Part shown: in pieces, positions 25,143-37,700 of the stretch
Numbering within the stretch: the first letter of the stretch is position 1
Layout of the letters: each line of letters begins with the position of its first letter
NCBI GenBank assembly: GCA_032718475.1
Contig: JAUCBJ010003179.1
Location: forward strand, 1-64,000
Source: Nemertoderma westbladi
Lineage: Eukaryota > Animalia > Xenacoelomorpha
Reading direction: 5' to 3'
Length of the DNA stretch: 64,000 bases
Position numbers and translations under genes: made by a program
Notes under the pieces: generated by a model
Told to the model about the DNA's origin: nothing
The model's input: only the letters and a program-made list of their open reading frames with translations
The model's database searches: none

Positions 25143-27205
25143 CACTTTACTGCCTTTACAGAAGCAGTTAAGTTAGCAGCTGCAGAAACAGTTACTGTAT
25201 ACCCTCGAAACAGGAAAAGGGCCCCCTGGACTGACAACAAAATTCAGAAGTGCCGAAATGACCTTCATAAGGCGCAGAAAGAGTCCCGACTCAAACAGAC
25301 TACAGCGGCCAAGAATACAGTTAAGGCTGCATCTAGGTCCCTGAACAGGCAGTACTCTGTTAATTTACAGGAGCTAATAAACCAACAGGTTGATGCCATC
25401 AATGATGCTGACGACAGCAGGCAATCATCCCAGGCATGGAGATCGATCAACTTGCTTACTGGGCGGAAAAGCCAACCAACCACCAAGGTTAAGGCAGAAT
25501 CACCAGCCGATCGCCTCAATGGTTGGAAAGCCCACTTTGAAAAGCTCCTCAATAATGACAGGGTATTGCCTGATAACTTTATAGAAGTAAAAGTGTCTGA
25601 GTCTGTACTCCCAGATATTCCCATTGGCGATATCTCCTTTGCAGAAGTGAAGGCTGCTGCAAAGAGCATTAAGACCAATCGTGTCAGTGGAGTAGATGGT
25701 GTTCCCCCTGAGGTCTTTAAAATACCTGAGTGTTTAAAGCTCATCTATCCCATCATAGTAGACATGTACCGAACAACAAGAGTCCCACAAGAAATGAAAA
25801 CAAATAAGTTGGTGCCAGTTCCCAAGAAGGGCAACCTAACACTCTATGGTTCTTTTCGGGGAATCTCATTGATCTCGATTGCTGCAAAGCTATACAATAG
25901 GATTCTATTAAATCGCATCAGGGATCCCATTGAGAGACTGCTCCGTGGAAATCAGAATGGGTTCCGTAAAGGTCGTGGGACCATGGAGCCCATTTTGGCA
26001 CTTAGAAGGATAATTGAAGAATTATCAAAAAAGAAAGACAGGCATCTGGCTGTTATCTTTGTTGACTTCTTCAAGGCCTTTGATTCAGTCTCTCGCTCAC
26101 GTATGTTCAGTATACTTTCATTATATGGGATTCCTGATGAAATTATTGCAGCAATCAGATCAGTATACGATGGTTCGACAACATTTGTGTCTACTGTTGA
26201 CGGTGACACAGAACCATTTGAAGTGTTATGGGGCGTCCTCCAAGGAGACACACTTGCACCATTCTTGTTCATTATTGTGGTTGACTATGTTCTACGCATG
26301 TCCTTAGATCATCATAATGATGATGGGGTGATCTACTGGCTCCAGAAGTCGAGGAAATCCTGCCAAGTACCTAACTGATCTAGACTTTGCTGATGACTTA
26401 GGAGTACTCTCAGAATCATTAGAGGGAGCCCAACGGCTCCTCAGCTCATTAGAACATGCTGCTTCTAGTGTTGGTCTTTTTATTAACTCCAGAAAGACCA
26501 AAATTTTGACAGTTAACTTTGAAAGTCCTCAGCAAGTCTCTGATCGGATGAGCATAAGTTCAAAGGATGGTATGCTTGAGCATGTGGACGACTTCTGTTA
26601 CCTGGGATCATGGATCCGGAAGTCAGGTGAGGACCTTCGAATACGTAAGGGAAAGGCATGGGCAGCCTTGAATAGGCTTTCCAGGATTTGGAAGTCACCG
26701 AGAATTAATCGGAAACTTAAGGTCCGATTATTTAGAGCAGCAGTAGTTCCAGTACTCCTCTACGGGAGTCCATGCTGGGCTCTAACTGCTGAGGACACCA
26801 AATCTCTGGATGGCACATTCACAAGAATGCTACGCCGGGTTCATTGTGTCAAGTACAATGCACACATCTCCAACCAGACACTATATAACATTGGAGGTGT
26901 CTCATTGGTTCCCCCAAGCTTGACACTAGAACAAAATCGCCTCCGCTTTGCAGGACATTGCTTTCGCCGTGAGGACCAGCCAGTGCATAATCTTGTACTT
27001 TGGCAGCCTCATGGAGTGAATAAGCATGGTGGACAGCCCATGACTTTCTTGAGACGCATCTTAAAGGACACTGGCCTTGAAGATGCGGATGATCTAGCAA
27101 ATGTCATGGGTGATAGGGAGTTGTGGCGGTGCAATTTTGTTGACAAGCCGGCACAGTATTCTTAAAAATGCAGCTGCAATGCAGCATGCCGATCCCTACT
27201 ACTAC
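25143..27205 (+). mobile_element. 5'-truncated RTE-clade LINE (reverse transcriptase pseudogene)
   Basis: RT motifs QNGFRKGR, FVDFFKAFDSV, QGDTLAPFLF, DLDFADDL (after one frameshift at ~26330), YLGS and RLRFAGHC; (CTA)n tail; 11-bp TSD TACTTTTCCGA (25132-25142, 27206-27216); endonuclease domain absent. Confidence 0.95.
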
Positions 27206-29614
27206 TACTTTTCCGAACATTTCCTTAAAAAAAACATATTTCCGGAAAACTTGCATCCCTCCTCAGGCCGCATTTATATTTTTAGTATATTATAAAAGGA
27301 AGTGACGAGCTCTAAGTAGGTATCGGTGGGAATTAAACCAGAGTTTTTTGTCGTTAAATATGGGGCCAGCGCCATACACTCTGCCATGGCGCTTTTGGCA
27401 GGAACCTCGATGACGCCAGCAGCGCCATCGAGATTTCTCAGTGACTCGCCATGCATATTCTCTGCTAACTGTACCGGTACAACAAGGACTGTCAAAAATT
27501 GGTCCTAATCAATATTGGAAATATTACCAAACAATTAACTGTAATTTTAATTGTGAATTTCACAAATCAATTATTCTAAAAAAGTTTAGAAATAAATATA
27601 TTTTTACATAATTTCACTAACCATATCAATTTCCTGATATCGGTATCGGTAACCAATCTCTGATCTTGTTGACTGCCTCTCGTTTCAAACTTATTCCTTT
27701 TCGCAAGATTATAAAGTTGTGTGAGTGGATATTGCAATTTTTAATCCTATCCAAATTTATTTTTATTTTAGTTTGTGTATTATGTAATATTAGGTGGTTG
27801 ATTAAAATATAAATATTATATACGTATATAAAGTAACTTCCATTCCTTCCGTATATTATGTAAATACCGATGTTTCAATTATTTAGGAGAACTAACCCAA
27901 TGTAAATGCGGATGGTGGTGGCAATTAATACGACTACAGGAGAATATGAGAATCGACGAAGTTCCCAAAGATCTCGTCAACCAAATGATGAAACAGAACG
28001 AACTATTAGCGGAAGCAGATCGGGATGAATGGAAGGAGACGGCACATTGATGTCGGTTCCTATAGCAACACGGTACTCACATACTCGGTAGCAGATATCG
28101 GCCCACCCACTAGAAGATTAGACTCTCTTTACTAAACGCGGTTCTCGTAGTATTGGAAATTTCAAGAAAAGTGTCTACAATGGATTTTAGTTAAGGCCAA
28201 TAATGGGGGTCCCGAGCTGCGTGATTTGTGTTAAACTCATAGAAATTATTAGATACGCTCAACCCCATTGTTGTTATTAAAGGTTCGTTAGTTATAATAT
28301 TTTCGGTAAGTATAAGTTTATAAATAATAATTGAATTACTAAGTTGGTATTTATTATAAAACAGTTCCCGCAAATGATTATTGGTGATGTTTTGTGGTTG
28401 TTTGGACGCCTTCACCTATTAATGCTGGTCTAAGTGTCAGATAGTTAGGAATATGACGAGGGTTTGATACTCCAACTGCTGCTAAACCACTCCGTCGACA
28501 AGTCTAAGAACCAATATTGTAGCCCCAAACAGTTTACCGGTACCGGTAGTAGGGGCAGTACAATTACAACAACCTTGCATTGTCGCTGTGGAATGTTTTT
28601 ATTTAAATGTGAAACATTTTATATTAATATATTAATACAATTTAAAAAAATTAACGGTGTTCGCATAGCAACGCCTGTAAATTAATTCCAGAATTTACTT
28701 AAGGTTATTCCCTTGAACTGCGCTTACTCTTTGCTTACCGGTACTCAGTAAATAAATCGCGGTTCCCTTTGTTACAGCAGTAACGGCTACACGAACTCTA
28801 AACGCACTCACTGAAACCCATCCTGCTGATTAGTGTAAACAGTACCCGAAGTGAACATAATGAACACAATTTAATTAGCATGTCCAATTCGCGATTTATA
28901 GGGAACAAGGGAAGTCAGAATAACAATATTAAACCAATTCTGTGAATTGATTAGCTCAGTAACGTTTATAAGAAGTGGATGAGCACTATATCAATTATTT
29001 TTACAAAACTTTTATACGGCAGTCTAATTTAATGTTCAATTGAACCTGAACTGCATTTATTATTTGTTTCACATTCTTGTGTTCTAATGTCTGTTACAAC
29101 AAGTTCATTACTCATGTTAGTAATTAATTTAGTATTCAAAAAAGAGAGTTTTTATCTTTCGTGGCAATTCAATTAAAGTAAATGCGGTAACTTTGGGTGA
29201 GTCTATATTATAGTTTAGTTATTGCTACTTTGTGTCATGTTACTATTTTAGTGTAGTTGAACAACTTTTTATATAAATAAACAATTTATAAAACAAATAT
29301 TATAATCGCTATTAATTATTATTTCTTTGGGTATTTCCAAACCAGTTTAGTGCGGACTTTGTCCAGAATCTCCACGCAGTACTGTAGTTTGGATCATTGC
29401 GTTTCCAACTCACCGATGTTTTTTCGTACACGTTTTCCGTAGTATTGGTGCCAACATTCAACTACGCAATAATTGGGGGCTTTCCATTGGCTCATCCCCT
29501 AAGAGAGAGTTTTACTCAAAAATATAATTCGGTACTGACGAATATCTAAATTAACTTTCAAAAATTGACCGCACCTGGAAATTGCTCTAGTAGTGTTACT
29601 ATAAGTAGCATAGC

Positions 29615-29852
29615 GTAATGTAAAAGCAAACAGTCGGTCGAAGCCGGAAGCGACCCGAAGGCTCCTCTTTCGATATCTGCTACCCGAGGGTAGGGGTGGG
29701 CGCTACTCCTATCCCAAGATTTGCTCCCAGTTATTTAACTGGTACTCATTTCATCGACCCCAGTGGATGAAAGGCTGAGTGGACCCTGGAGGGGCTGAAC
29801 CTACAACCAATAGATTGCAGGCCCGGCGCTCAACCAACTGAGCTACCCCGCC
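29615..29852 (-). mobile_element. tRNA-derived SINE
   Basis: Head GGCGGGGTAGCTCAGTTGGTTGAGCG..GGTTC (A/B boxes), central ACTCAGCCTTTCATCC..GGGGTCGATGAAATGAGTACC, tail ..GAGCCTTCGGGTCGC.. Confidence 0.85.
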
Positions 29853-30754
29853 TTTCAAATAGCGTGGGGGGGGGGGGGGGGGGGGTGGTAGCAAATCTCC
29901 CCATCTCGATGAATAGTGACATGTAATTCTAACAAAAACACTAAATAATAAGATACACTGGACACCCCCAGGCGGGGTAAAAGGGGATACATACACTATA
30001 CAGTGGACGTAGAAGAAGACACAAACAGGTAAATAAGTTAAGTTTTATAAAGTTAATGCTTAGTCAGTTGCAAGATGAGCGGGGGTTGGGCAGGCGGGAC
30101 GTAATAGTGCGTGTTAGAGCTATCGGCAGTAATCACAACAAAAGACACAGGTACATTGGTACAACCTTCCGATAGAGGGTGGAAGGGAGTTTTGTTTGCG
30201 CAAATTTTCTGGTGATAGCCGTGCGCTATTGTTATTACATATGATCAAATGAAAGCCAATAGCATACCGACCAGAGCCCCCCCCCCCCCCCCCCTCACTT
30301 ATCCTGCTGATATGTTCTAAGCTAATTCTGTTAATTCTGCCATGGATTTCAGCGTATATGGTCAACACTTCGAAATAGTCAACACTTTGAAAAACCATGT
30401 TAACACTTAGAAATAATGGTTCGAAGAGCGCCTTTTTATTGAAAATTTTTACCCCGTATCAACACTTCGAAAAGTCATGTCACTTCGAAAGACCATGTCA
30501 TCACTTTACTTCGAAAAGGAATAATTTGAATGAATATAGAACAATAGTAAATTTACAAATACTAAAACAATAATAACTATATATATATGGTTAGGGTCAG
30601 GTAATACAAATTATTACATTATATTACATTCCATTATGGGATATAGAGGGACATATCATCATGACATTGTATAATTCAACCAAATCACGTTTTGAGACTA
30701 CCCTTTGTAAAGCTATTGCTGATAAATCAACGTCCAAACATTGGGTATGCCAGT

Positions 30755-33428
30755 ATCCAAGCATAGTGGCTCATGAAACATAATATATCCAAGCATAGTG
30801 GCTCATGAAACATAATATATCCAATCATAGTGGCTCATGAAACATAATGTATCCAATCATAGTGGCTCATGAAACATAATATATCCAATCATAGTGGCTC
30901 ATGAAACATAATATATCCAATCACAGTGGCTCATGAAACATAATATATCCAATCATAGTGGCTCATAAAACATAATATATCCAATCATAGTGGCTCATGA
31001 AACATAATATATCCAAGCATAGTGGCTCATGAAACATAATATATCCAATCATAGTGGCTCATGAAACATAATATATCCAAGCATAGTGGCTCATGAAACA
31101 TAATATATCCAAGCATAGTGGCCCATGAAACATAATATATCCAATCATAGTGGCTCATAAACATAATATATCCAATCATAGTGGCTCATGAAACACAATA
31201 TTATCCAAGCATAGTGGCTCATGAAACATATATCCAATCATAGTGGCTCATGAAACATAATATTATCCAAGCATAGTGGCTCATGAAACATAATATATCC
31301 AATCATAGTGGCTCATGAAACATAATATATCCAATCATAGTGGCTCATGAAACATAATATATCCAATTATTGTGGCTCATGAAACATAATATTATCCAAG
31401 CATAGTGGCTCATGAAACATAATATATCCAATCATAGTGGCTCATGAAACATAATATATCCAATCATAGTGGCTCATGAAACATAATATATCCAAGCATA
31501 GTGGCTCATGAAACATAATATATCCAATCATAGTGGCTCATGAAACATAATATTATCCAAACATAGTGGCTCATGAAACATAATATATCTCACTGGCTTT
31601 AAAGTAAAGTAAATAAAAGTAAATTTTCTTGCTCATGAAACATAATATATCCAATCATAGTGGCTCATGAAACATAATATTATCCAAGCATAGTGGCTCA
31701 TGAAACATAAAATATCCAAGTATAGTGGCTCATGAAACATAATATATCAAATCATAGTGGCTCATGAAACATAATATATCCAATCATAGTGGCTCATGAA
31801 ACATAATATATCCAATCATAGTGGCTCATGAAACATAATATATCCAAGCATGGTGGCTCATGAAACATAATATATCCAAGCATAGTGGCTCATGAAACAT
31901 AATATATCCAATCATAGTGGCTCATGAAACATAATATATCCAATCATAGTGGCTCATGAAACATAATATATCCAAGCATAGTGGCTCATGAAACATAATA
32001 TATGCAATCATAGTGGCTCATGAAACATAATATTATCCAAGCATATAGTGGCTCATGAAACATAATATATCCAATCATAGTGGCTCATGAAACATAATAT
32101 TATCCAAGCATAGTGGCTCATGAAACATAAAATATCCAAGTATAGTGGCTCATGAAACATAATATATCCAATCATAGTGGCTCATGAAACATAATATATC
32201 CAATCATAGTGGCTCATGAAACATAATATATCCAATCATTGTGGCTCATGAAACATAATATATCCAATCATAGTGGCTCATGAAACATAATATATCCAAG
32301 CATAGTGGCTCATGAAACATAATATATCCAATAATAGTGGCTCATGAAACATAATATTGCCAAGCATAGTGGCTCATGAAACATAATATATCCAAGCATA
32401 GTGGCTCATGAAACATAATATATGCAATCATAGTGGCTCATGAAACATAATATTATCCAAGCATATAGTGGCTCATGAAACATAATATATCCAATCATAG
32501 TGGCTCATGAAACATAATATTATCCAAGCATAGTGGCTCATGAAACATAATATATCCAATCATGGATGACTCATGAAACATAATATATCCAAGCATAGTG
32601 GCTCATGAAACATAATATATGCAATCATAGTGGCTCATGAAACATAATATTATCCAAGCATATAGTGGCTCATGAATCATAATATATCCAATCATAGTGG
32701 CTCGTGAAACATAATATATTCAATCATAGTGGCTCATGAAACATAATATATCCAATCATGGATGACTCATAAAACATAATATATCCAATCATAGTGGCTC
32801 ATGAATCATAATATATCCAATCATAGTGGCTCATGAAACATAATATATCCAAGCATAGTGGCTCATGAAACATAATATATCCAATCATAGTGGCTCATGA
32901 AACATAATATTATCCATGCATAGTGGCTCATGAAACATAATATATCCAAGCATAGTGGCTCATGAAACATAATATATCCAAGCATAGTGGCTCATGAAAC
33001 ATAATATATCCAATCATAGTGGCTCATGAAACATAATATATCCAAGCATAGTGGTTCATAAAACGTAATATATCCAAGCATAGTGGCTTATGAAACATAA
33101 TATCCAAGCATAGTGGCTCATGAAACATAATATATCCAAGAATAGTGGCTCATGAAACATAATATATCCAAGCATATTGTGGCTCATGAAACATAATATA
33201 TCCAATCATAGTGGCTTATGAAACATAATATATCCAAGCATAGTGGCTCATAAAACGTAATATATCCAAGCATAGTGGCTTATGAAACATAATATCCAAG
33301 CATAGTGGCTCATGAAACATAATATATCCAAGAATAGTGGCTCATGAAACATAATATATCCAAGCATAGTGTGGCTCATGAAACATAATATATCCAAGCA
33401 TAGTGGCTCATGAAATATAATATATCTC
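30755..33428. repeat. 32-bp minisatellite array
   Basis: Unit ATCCAA(G/T)CATAGTGGCTCATGAAACATAATAT, ~80 copies, one interruption at ~31590-31630. Confidence 0.97.
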
Positions 33429-33439
33429 ACTGGCTTTAA

Positions 33440-33770
33440 AGTAAAGTAAATAAAAGTAAATCCTCCTCCACTGCGATACTAGACGCCGTAGACAACGTCG
33501 TCAACCCCGATTGTGACATCAGGCGGCCGACGCACAAAGTCTGACGACTTATTTCCATTGCGGTCCCCCCAGAACTTTACTCCCCAGAGGAAGAGGAAAC
33601 TCCAGTACTCATTTAGCTACCACTTAAGGATGCAAGGCAGAGATGCGCCCTGGCTGGTCCCTTTAAAGCATTCGTGCCGAAACGAAAACTGCCCTGGCCC
33701 ATGTGAGGATCGAACCCACGACCTACAGGAGATGTGAATTCAATGCAACCACTACACCATGGTGGAACCT
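33440..33770 (-). mobile_element. tRNA-derived SINE (second family)
   Basis: A box TGGTGTAGTGG, B box GGTTCGATCC, central GCCTTGCATCC..AAATGAGTACT, (TTTAC)n tail. Confidence 0.85.
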
Positions 33771-34774
33771 TAGTTTAATTAATTTTACTTTGACTTTTAC
33801 TCTAACTAGTTTAGTTAGCTTTAATTTTATCCTAAATACAATATAATTATATGGTAACAATAGCATATAAGAAACCTAGTTTTCGTTTTTATTATTATTA
33901 TTATTTTATTATTCCAATGTTGACATGGCTTTTCTAAGTGTTGACATGATTTTTCTAAGTGTTGACATGATTTTTCGAAGTGTTGACATGATTTTTCGAA
34001 GTGTTGACATGGTTTTTCGAAGTGTTGACATGGCTTTTTCGAAGTGTTCGACTATTTCGAAGTGTTGACATGGAATCGAATTTCAGCCTCATTTTCTTAT
34101 AAATTGTTCTTCTTATAAATCATCTTTCATTAGCATAACTTCCTCAAACTTTTATTTTAAAAAATAAATGCCTTATTATTACCGATACCTAATAATAATG
34201 ACCGTACATTAATGTTGTTTATTAGTATCGTGCTGAATAATTATTCTTTAAATCAAATGGATTACCCAGAATTGAAATTATTTTTAAATATAAATTTTGA
34301 TCTAACTTTAATCAATGAGTAATAATGTAAAAGCAAATAATATAAACCAATAATTGACGAACTCATACAAATATATAAACATGAATATTCTACCTAAAGT
34401 CAACCATATAGTAATAGTATGCAATTGATTTAAACACTAAACTGACTAGTCAGCACTTCAACTCTAAACCTGGAAAAAAATCACTGGAAAGAACCGTCGA
34501 ACATGATATTTACTGTAAGTAGGCCTACCCAAATTTACCAAATAATTTTATTCACAATGCTTAATATATAGGCCTAACTGTTAACTATATAGGCTACCTG
34601 TTAATTGGCTTAAAAATTAAGTTGTGTGTTTCTGGTTATGTAATCGAGTCAACACGAATATTATACTGTAGAATATTATATCATTTCAATTCTATTTGTA
34701 TTTCTCCCATCTAACGCCAAAATGATGAAATTCTTTCTTCATATATAATGTAGAGAAGAGCCGCTGGATGGCTC

Positions 34775-37700
34775 TCAGAGGATCGAACCGTCGGTGTAGG
34801 GGTGGGATGCAAGGAGATGGGAATTTAGCGAGGTTTTTTGGTAGAAGGATTTCCCGCAGTGTTGGCAAACAAATGGTTTTTGATGAGCGTGAGTACGTTT
34901 GTGAGTGTTTAAAGTGCTGGCTAGCGTAAACCCTTTTCCACAGTTATCACATTTATGCGGCCTTTCACCTGAAATTTTATATAATATTAATCAATAATTT
35001 ATGAAAAGGTTATTAATCTACAGGTGGCTCTATCCTTTCCTATTAATAACATACACTATAATAGTGCACTGTGCTTATTTCCCGTGAAAAATCTCCATTG
35101 CATTTAGCCATGGAAGTCTTTTTCTCCCGCAAGAATTTAAAGTACAGTATAATCTTAAATCCCGAAGTACTTAATCTAAAGAGCGTTTTTAGAAAGGCAA
35201 GTTTTAAGAATTATGTTATGACGAATCGAAACCACATTGTATAACTTATTAAAAACTGTTTAAAAACTCACCGGTATGCCCAAATATATGGGCCTGGAGG
35301 TTTCCCTTTTGATTAAACCCTTTGTCACAGTAATTACAATGATACATAGGCACCTGACTGTGCGTTCGAAGGTGATAATTGAGATGAGTCAGCTGTTTAA
35401 AGCCTCGTCCGCATTGATTGCATCGATGGGGTTTTTCACCTAAACAATACAGCACCATATCCTAGAATAGGATGAAAGCAAACCGTTGCTAGGAAACCGC
35501 GTAAACAGAATAGGGTTAGTAGCAGAGATTACGTTAGTTGCTTTACATACCGGTAGGCCTACACTGACCGACAGTTTATAATTAGAGCGACATGATTGCA
35601 TGCTCTAAATGTTTACTATGTTGTAATTGAACCATGTTAAACGTATAATTGTAGCTGTTATTACGGGGATTAGCTTTACTTCAAAAGCAAACAAGCATAT
35701 TCTGTAATTATATTTGATATCATTATATTATAATAAAATAGAAGATATAATAAAAATTATATCTTTCATTCTAATTAGCTAACCTGTGTGGGTATAAGAA
35801 TGGATTTTCATATCGATCTTCTGATGAAACCCCTTGCCACAGTACTGGCACTTGAATGGTTTGTAATTAGTGTGTGTTCTTAGATGCGTGTTGAGGTTTG
35901 ATGCCCTGCAAAATACCAAGGTGAAGCGAAGTATAGTGAGTGAGAGAAACAATGCTACTCCCTCTAGTCCTGGCTTCGGTCTAGCCCTAAAGAAAACATT
36001 AAAGGGTAATTCAGACTGCTAGTAAAACATGGTTATCTATTGTTCTCTAAAATATAAAATGCCCAAAGCAAGTAATTCCATTTCTAATATTCTTGAAAAA
36101 TGTAATTACGATTTTGAGGATCAGAATGAAAAGTACATGATAAATATGACTTCTTTTTGTGATAAAATTTAATTAACATTGACGCAGAAATCAAACGTCA
36201 GGCATATTTCTATGACTAATATACTGCAGTGGACAGTTATTTATGTAGTATAAATTCTGTTACCACAACACTAACCTGTTGAAGGCTTTCGTGCAGTGAG
36301 GACAGACGAATGGTTTGTATGTTGAATGAGTCAACCTGTGTCTGGTGAGGTTACCTGGTTGTCTGAACGCCCTCCCACAGTCATCGCACTTGAAAGGTTT
36401 GTCGCCCGTGTGAATTCGCTACAAAATCAAAAGTTAATTTGTAAAGTTGTTAGTACTAATGCGAACTTTTATTTCGATAAGTTCATTATGTTTACTGAAG
36501 TGAACTAAAAGTTTTATATTAAGGTTAGGTTAAGAAGGTCCTTGGGATATTCAACTTGTTTCCAGATATTAACTCCAACATATCAATATCCCACATTGTC
36601 GTTGCCCGTTTCAGTAATTGCAACCTACTTATCGGTGTTTATGGACTGGTCACACGCTCCTATGGTTACATACACTGATGAAATTGAGCGCAAATGTAAT
36701 CGTGATTATTTCGATCAGAATGGATATCGACAGATCGGAAACCAAGGTCGAACGAATCATTTTGAAACTGTTGTCGACAAAGATAAGTAACTAATAAATC
36801 CAACTAATGCCGTAAAATATTCGCACACCAAAATTACTTTAATAATTAACTGTATTTTAAATATATGTGTATAAATAATAACTTAATGCTTTACTCGCTG
36901 AGTAATATTCCAGTTCTCACTTTACACTTTAAGAGTATGTGCATAGAGAGTATTTATAATAATATAATAAATAATAAATGTACTTATATAGCCCCTTAAC
37001 TAAGTAACAGTTGCACTTTTAAATATAGTTTGTTAGTTAGTTATGGTTATGTAACTAAGGTGTGTTTACTTACTTTATGTGTAACTAGGGTGTTGCTACG
37101 ACTGAAACTCTTCCCGCATATGTCGCATGTGTACCTCCGCGGTTGGGGCTGTTTGGCTGGTTTCCTATCCATCGCATTGGAGGCGGGACCCAAGGCCGGT
37201 TGAGGTAACATTATCGGGGCGTGATGGGCCACAGGTACACCCGGAATCATAGGAGGTAGACCTGTAATTATAAATATAATGTAATACTATGAAAGCAAGG
37301 CACAAGCAAGGGGGCGGCCTAGTTTACGTAACATTCACAGTTGATTTAGGAATCACTAGTTTTCCTTTTTCTGATATTTAACTTACCGGCTATGGTGTCG
37401 TAAGGATGACGCTGCCTTTCTATGTGGTAGGGGGCGCTGCTAGTGGGTTGCATTGGTTGGTGCGGCCTTGTGGATACACCCGTGGCCACCCGGTGAAATG
37501 CGGACGTTCTAGAACCGTTGCCAGGTGGCGATTGGTTGTCACTTGGAAACGCGTCGATGTGATCTTGATGGTTAGGTCTTCGTTTTGTGGTTTCCGTCGT
37601 TAAGGACTTTATGGAATGGTCCCGAGGTCGTTTAGGATTGGAGGGTTCGGTAGCCCACTGCGGACTCATTCGTTTAGGTGTCGACGTTAGGGGCTCGGAC

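Larger units (their letters stand above)
30353..34078. mobile_element. Non-autonomous TIR element with subterminal GTCAACACTTCGAAA repeats, hosting a satellite array and a SINE
   Basis: Inverted clusters at 30353-30520 and 33915-34078; near-TSD GATTTCAG/AATTTCAG. Confidence 0.75.

Noticed and set aside
25265-27100. Antisense and alternate-frame ORFs over the LINE
   Set aside because: Shadows of the reverse transcriptase reading frame
25050-28050. Alternative genetic code (TGA read as Trp or Sec)
   Set aside because: TGA is the natural stop of the zinc-finger gene, no SECIS was identified, and the exon models are uncertain
7700-29600. Single giant transposon enclosing both orphan genes
   Set aside because: No matching terminal repeats or TSD found by eye
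29780-29852. tRNA gene
   Set aside because: Degenerate T-arm and acceptor stem, and it continues into a SINE body and tail
34780-34845. Apparent frameshift in the last zinc finger
   Set aside because: Recounting the A-run gives in-frame [14 protein letters not shown]; the gene is intact
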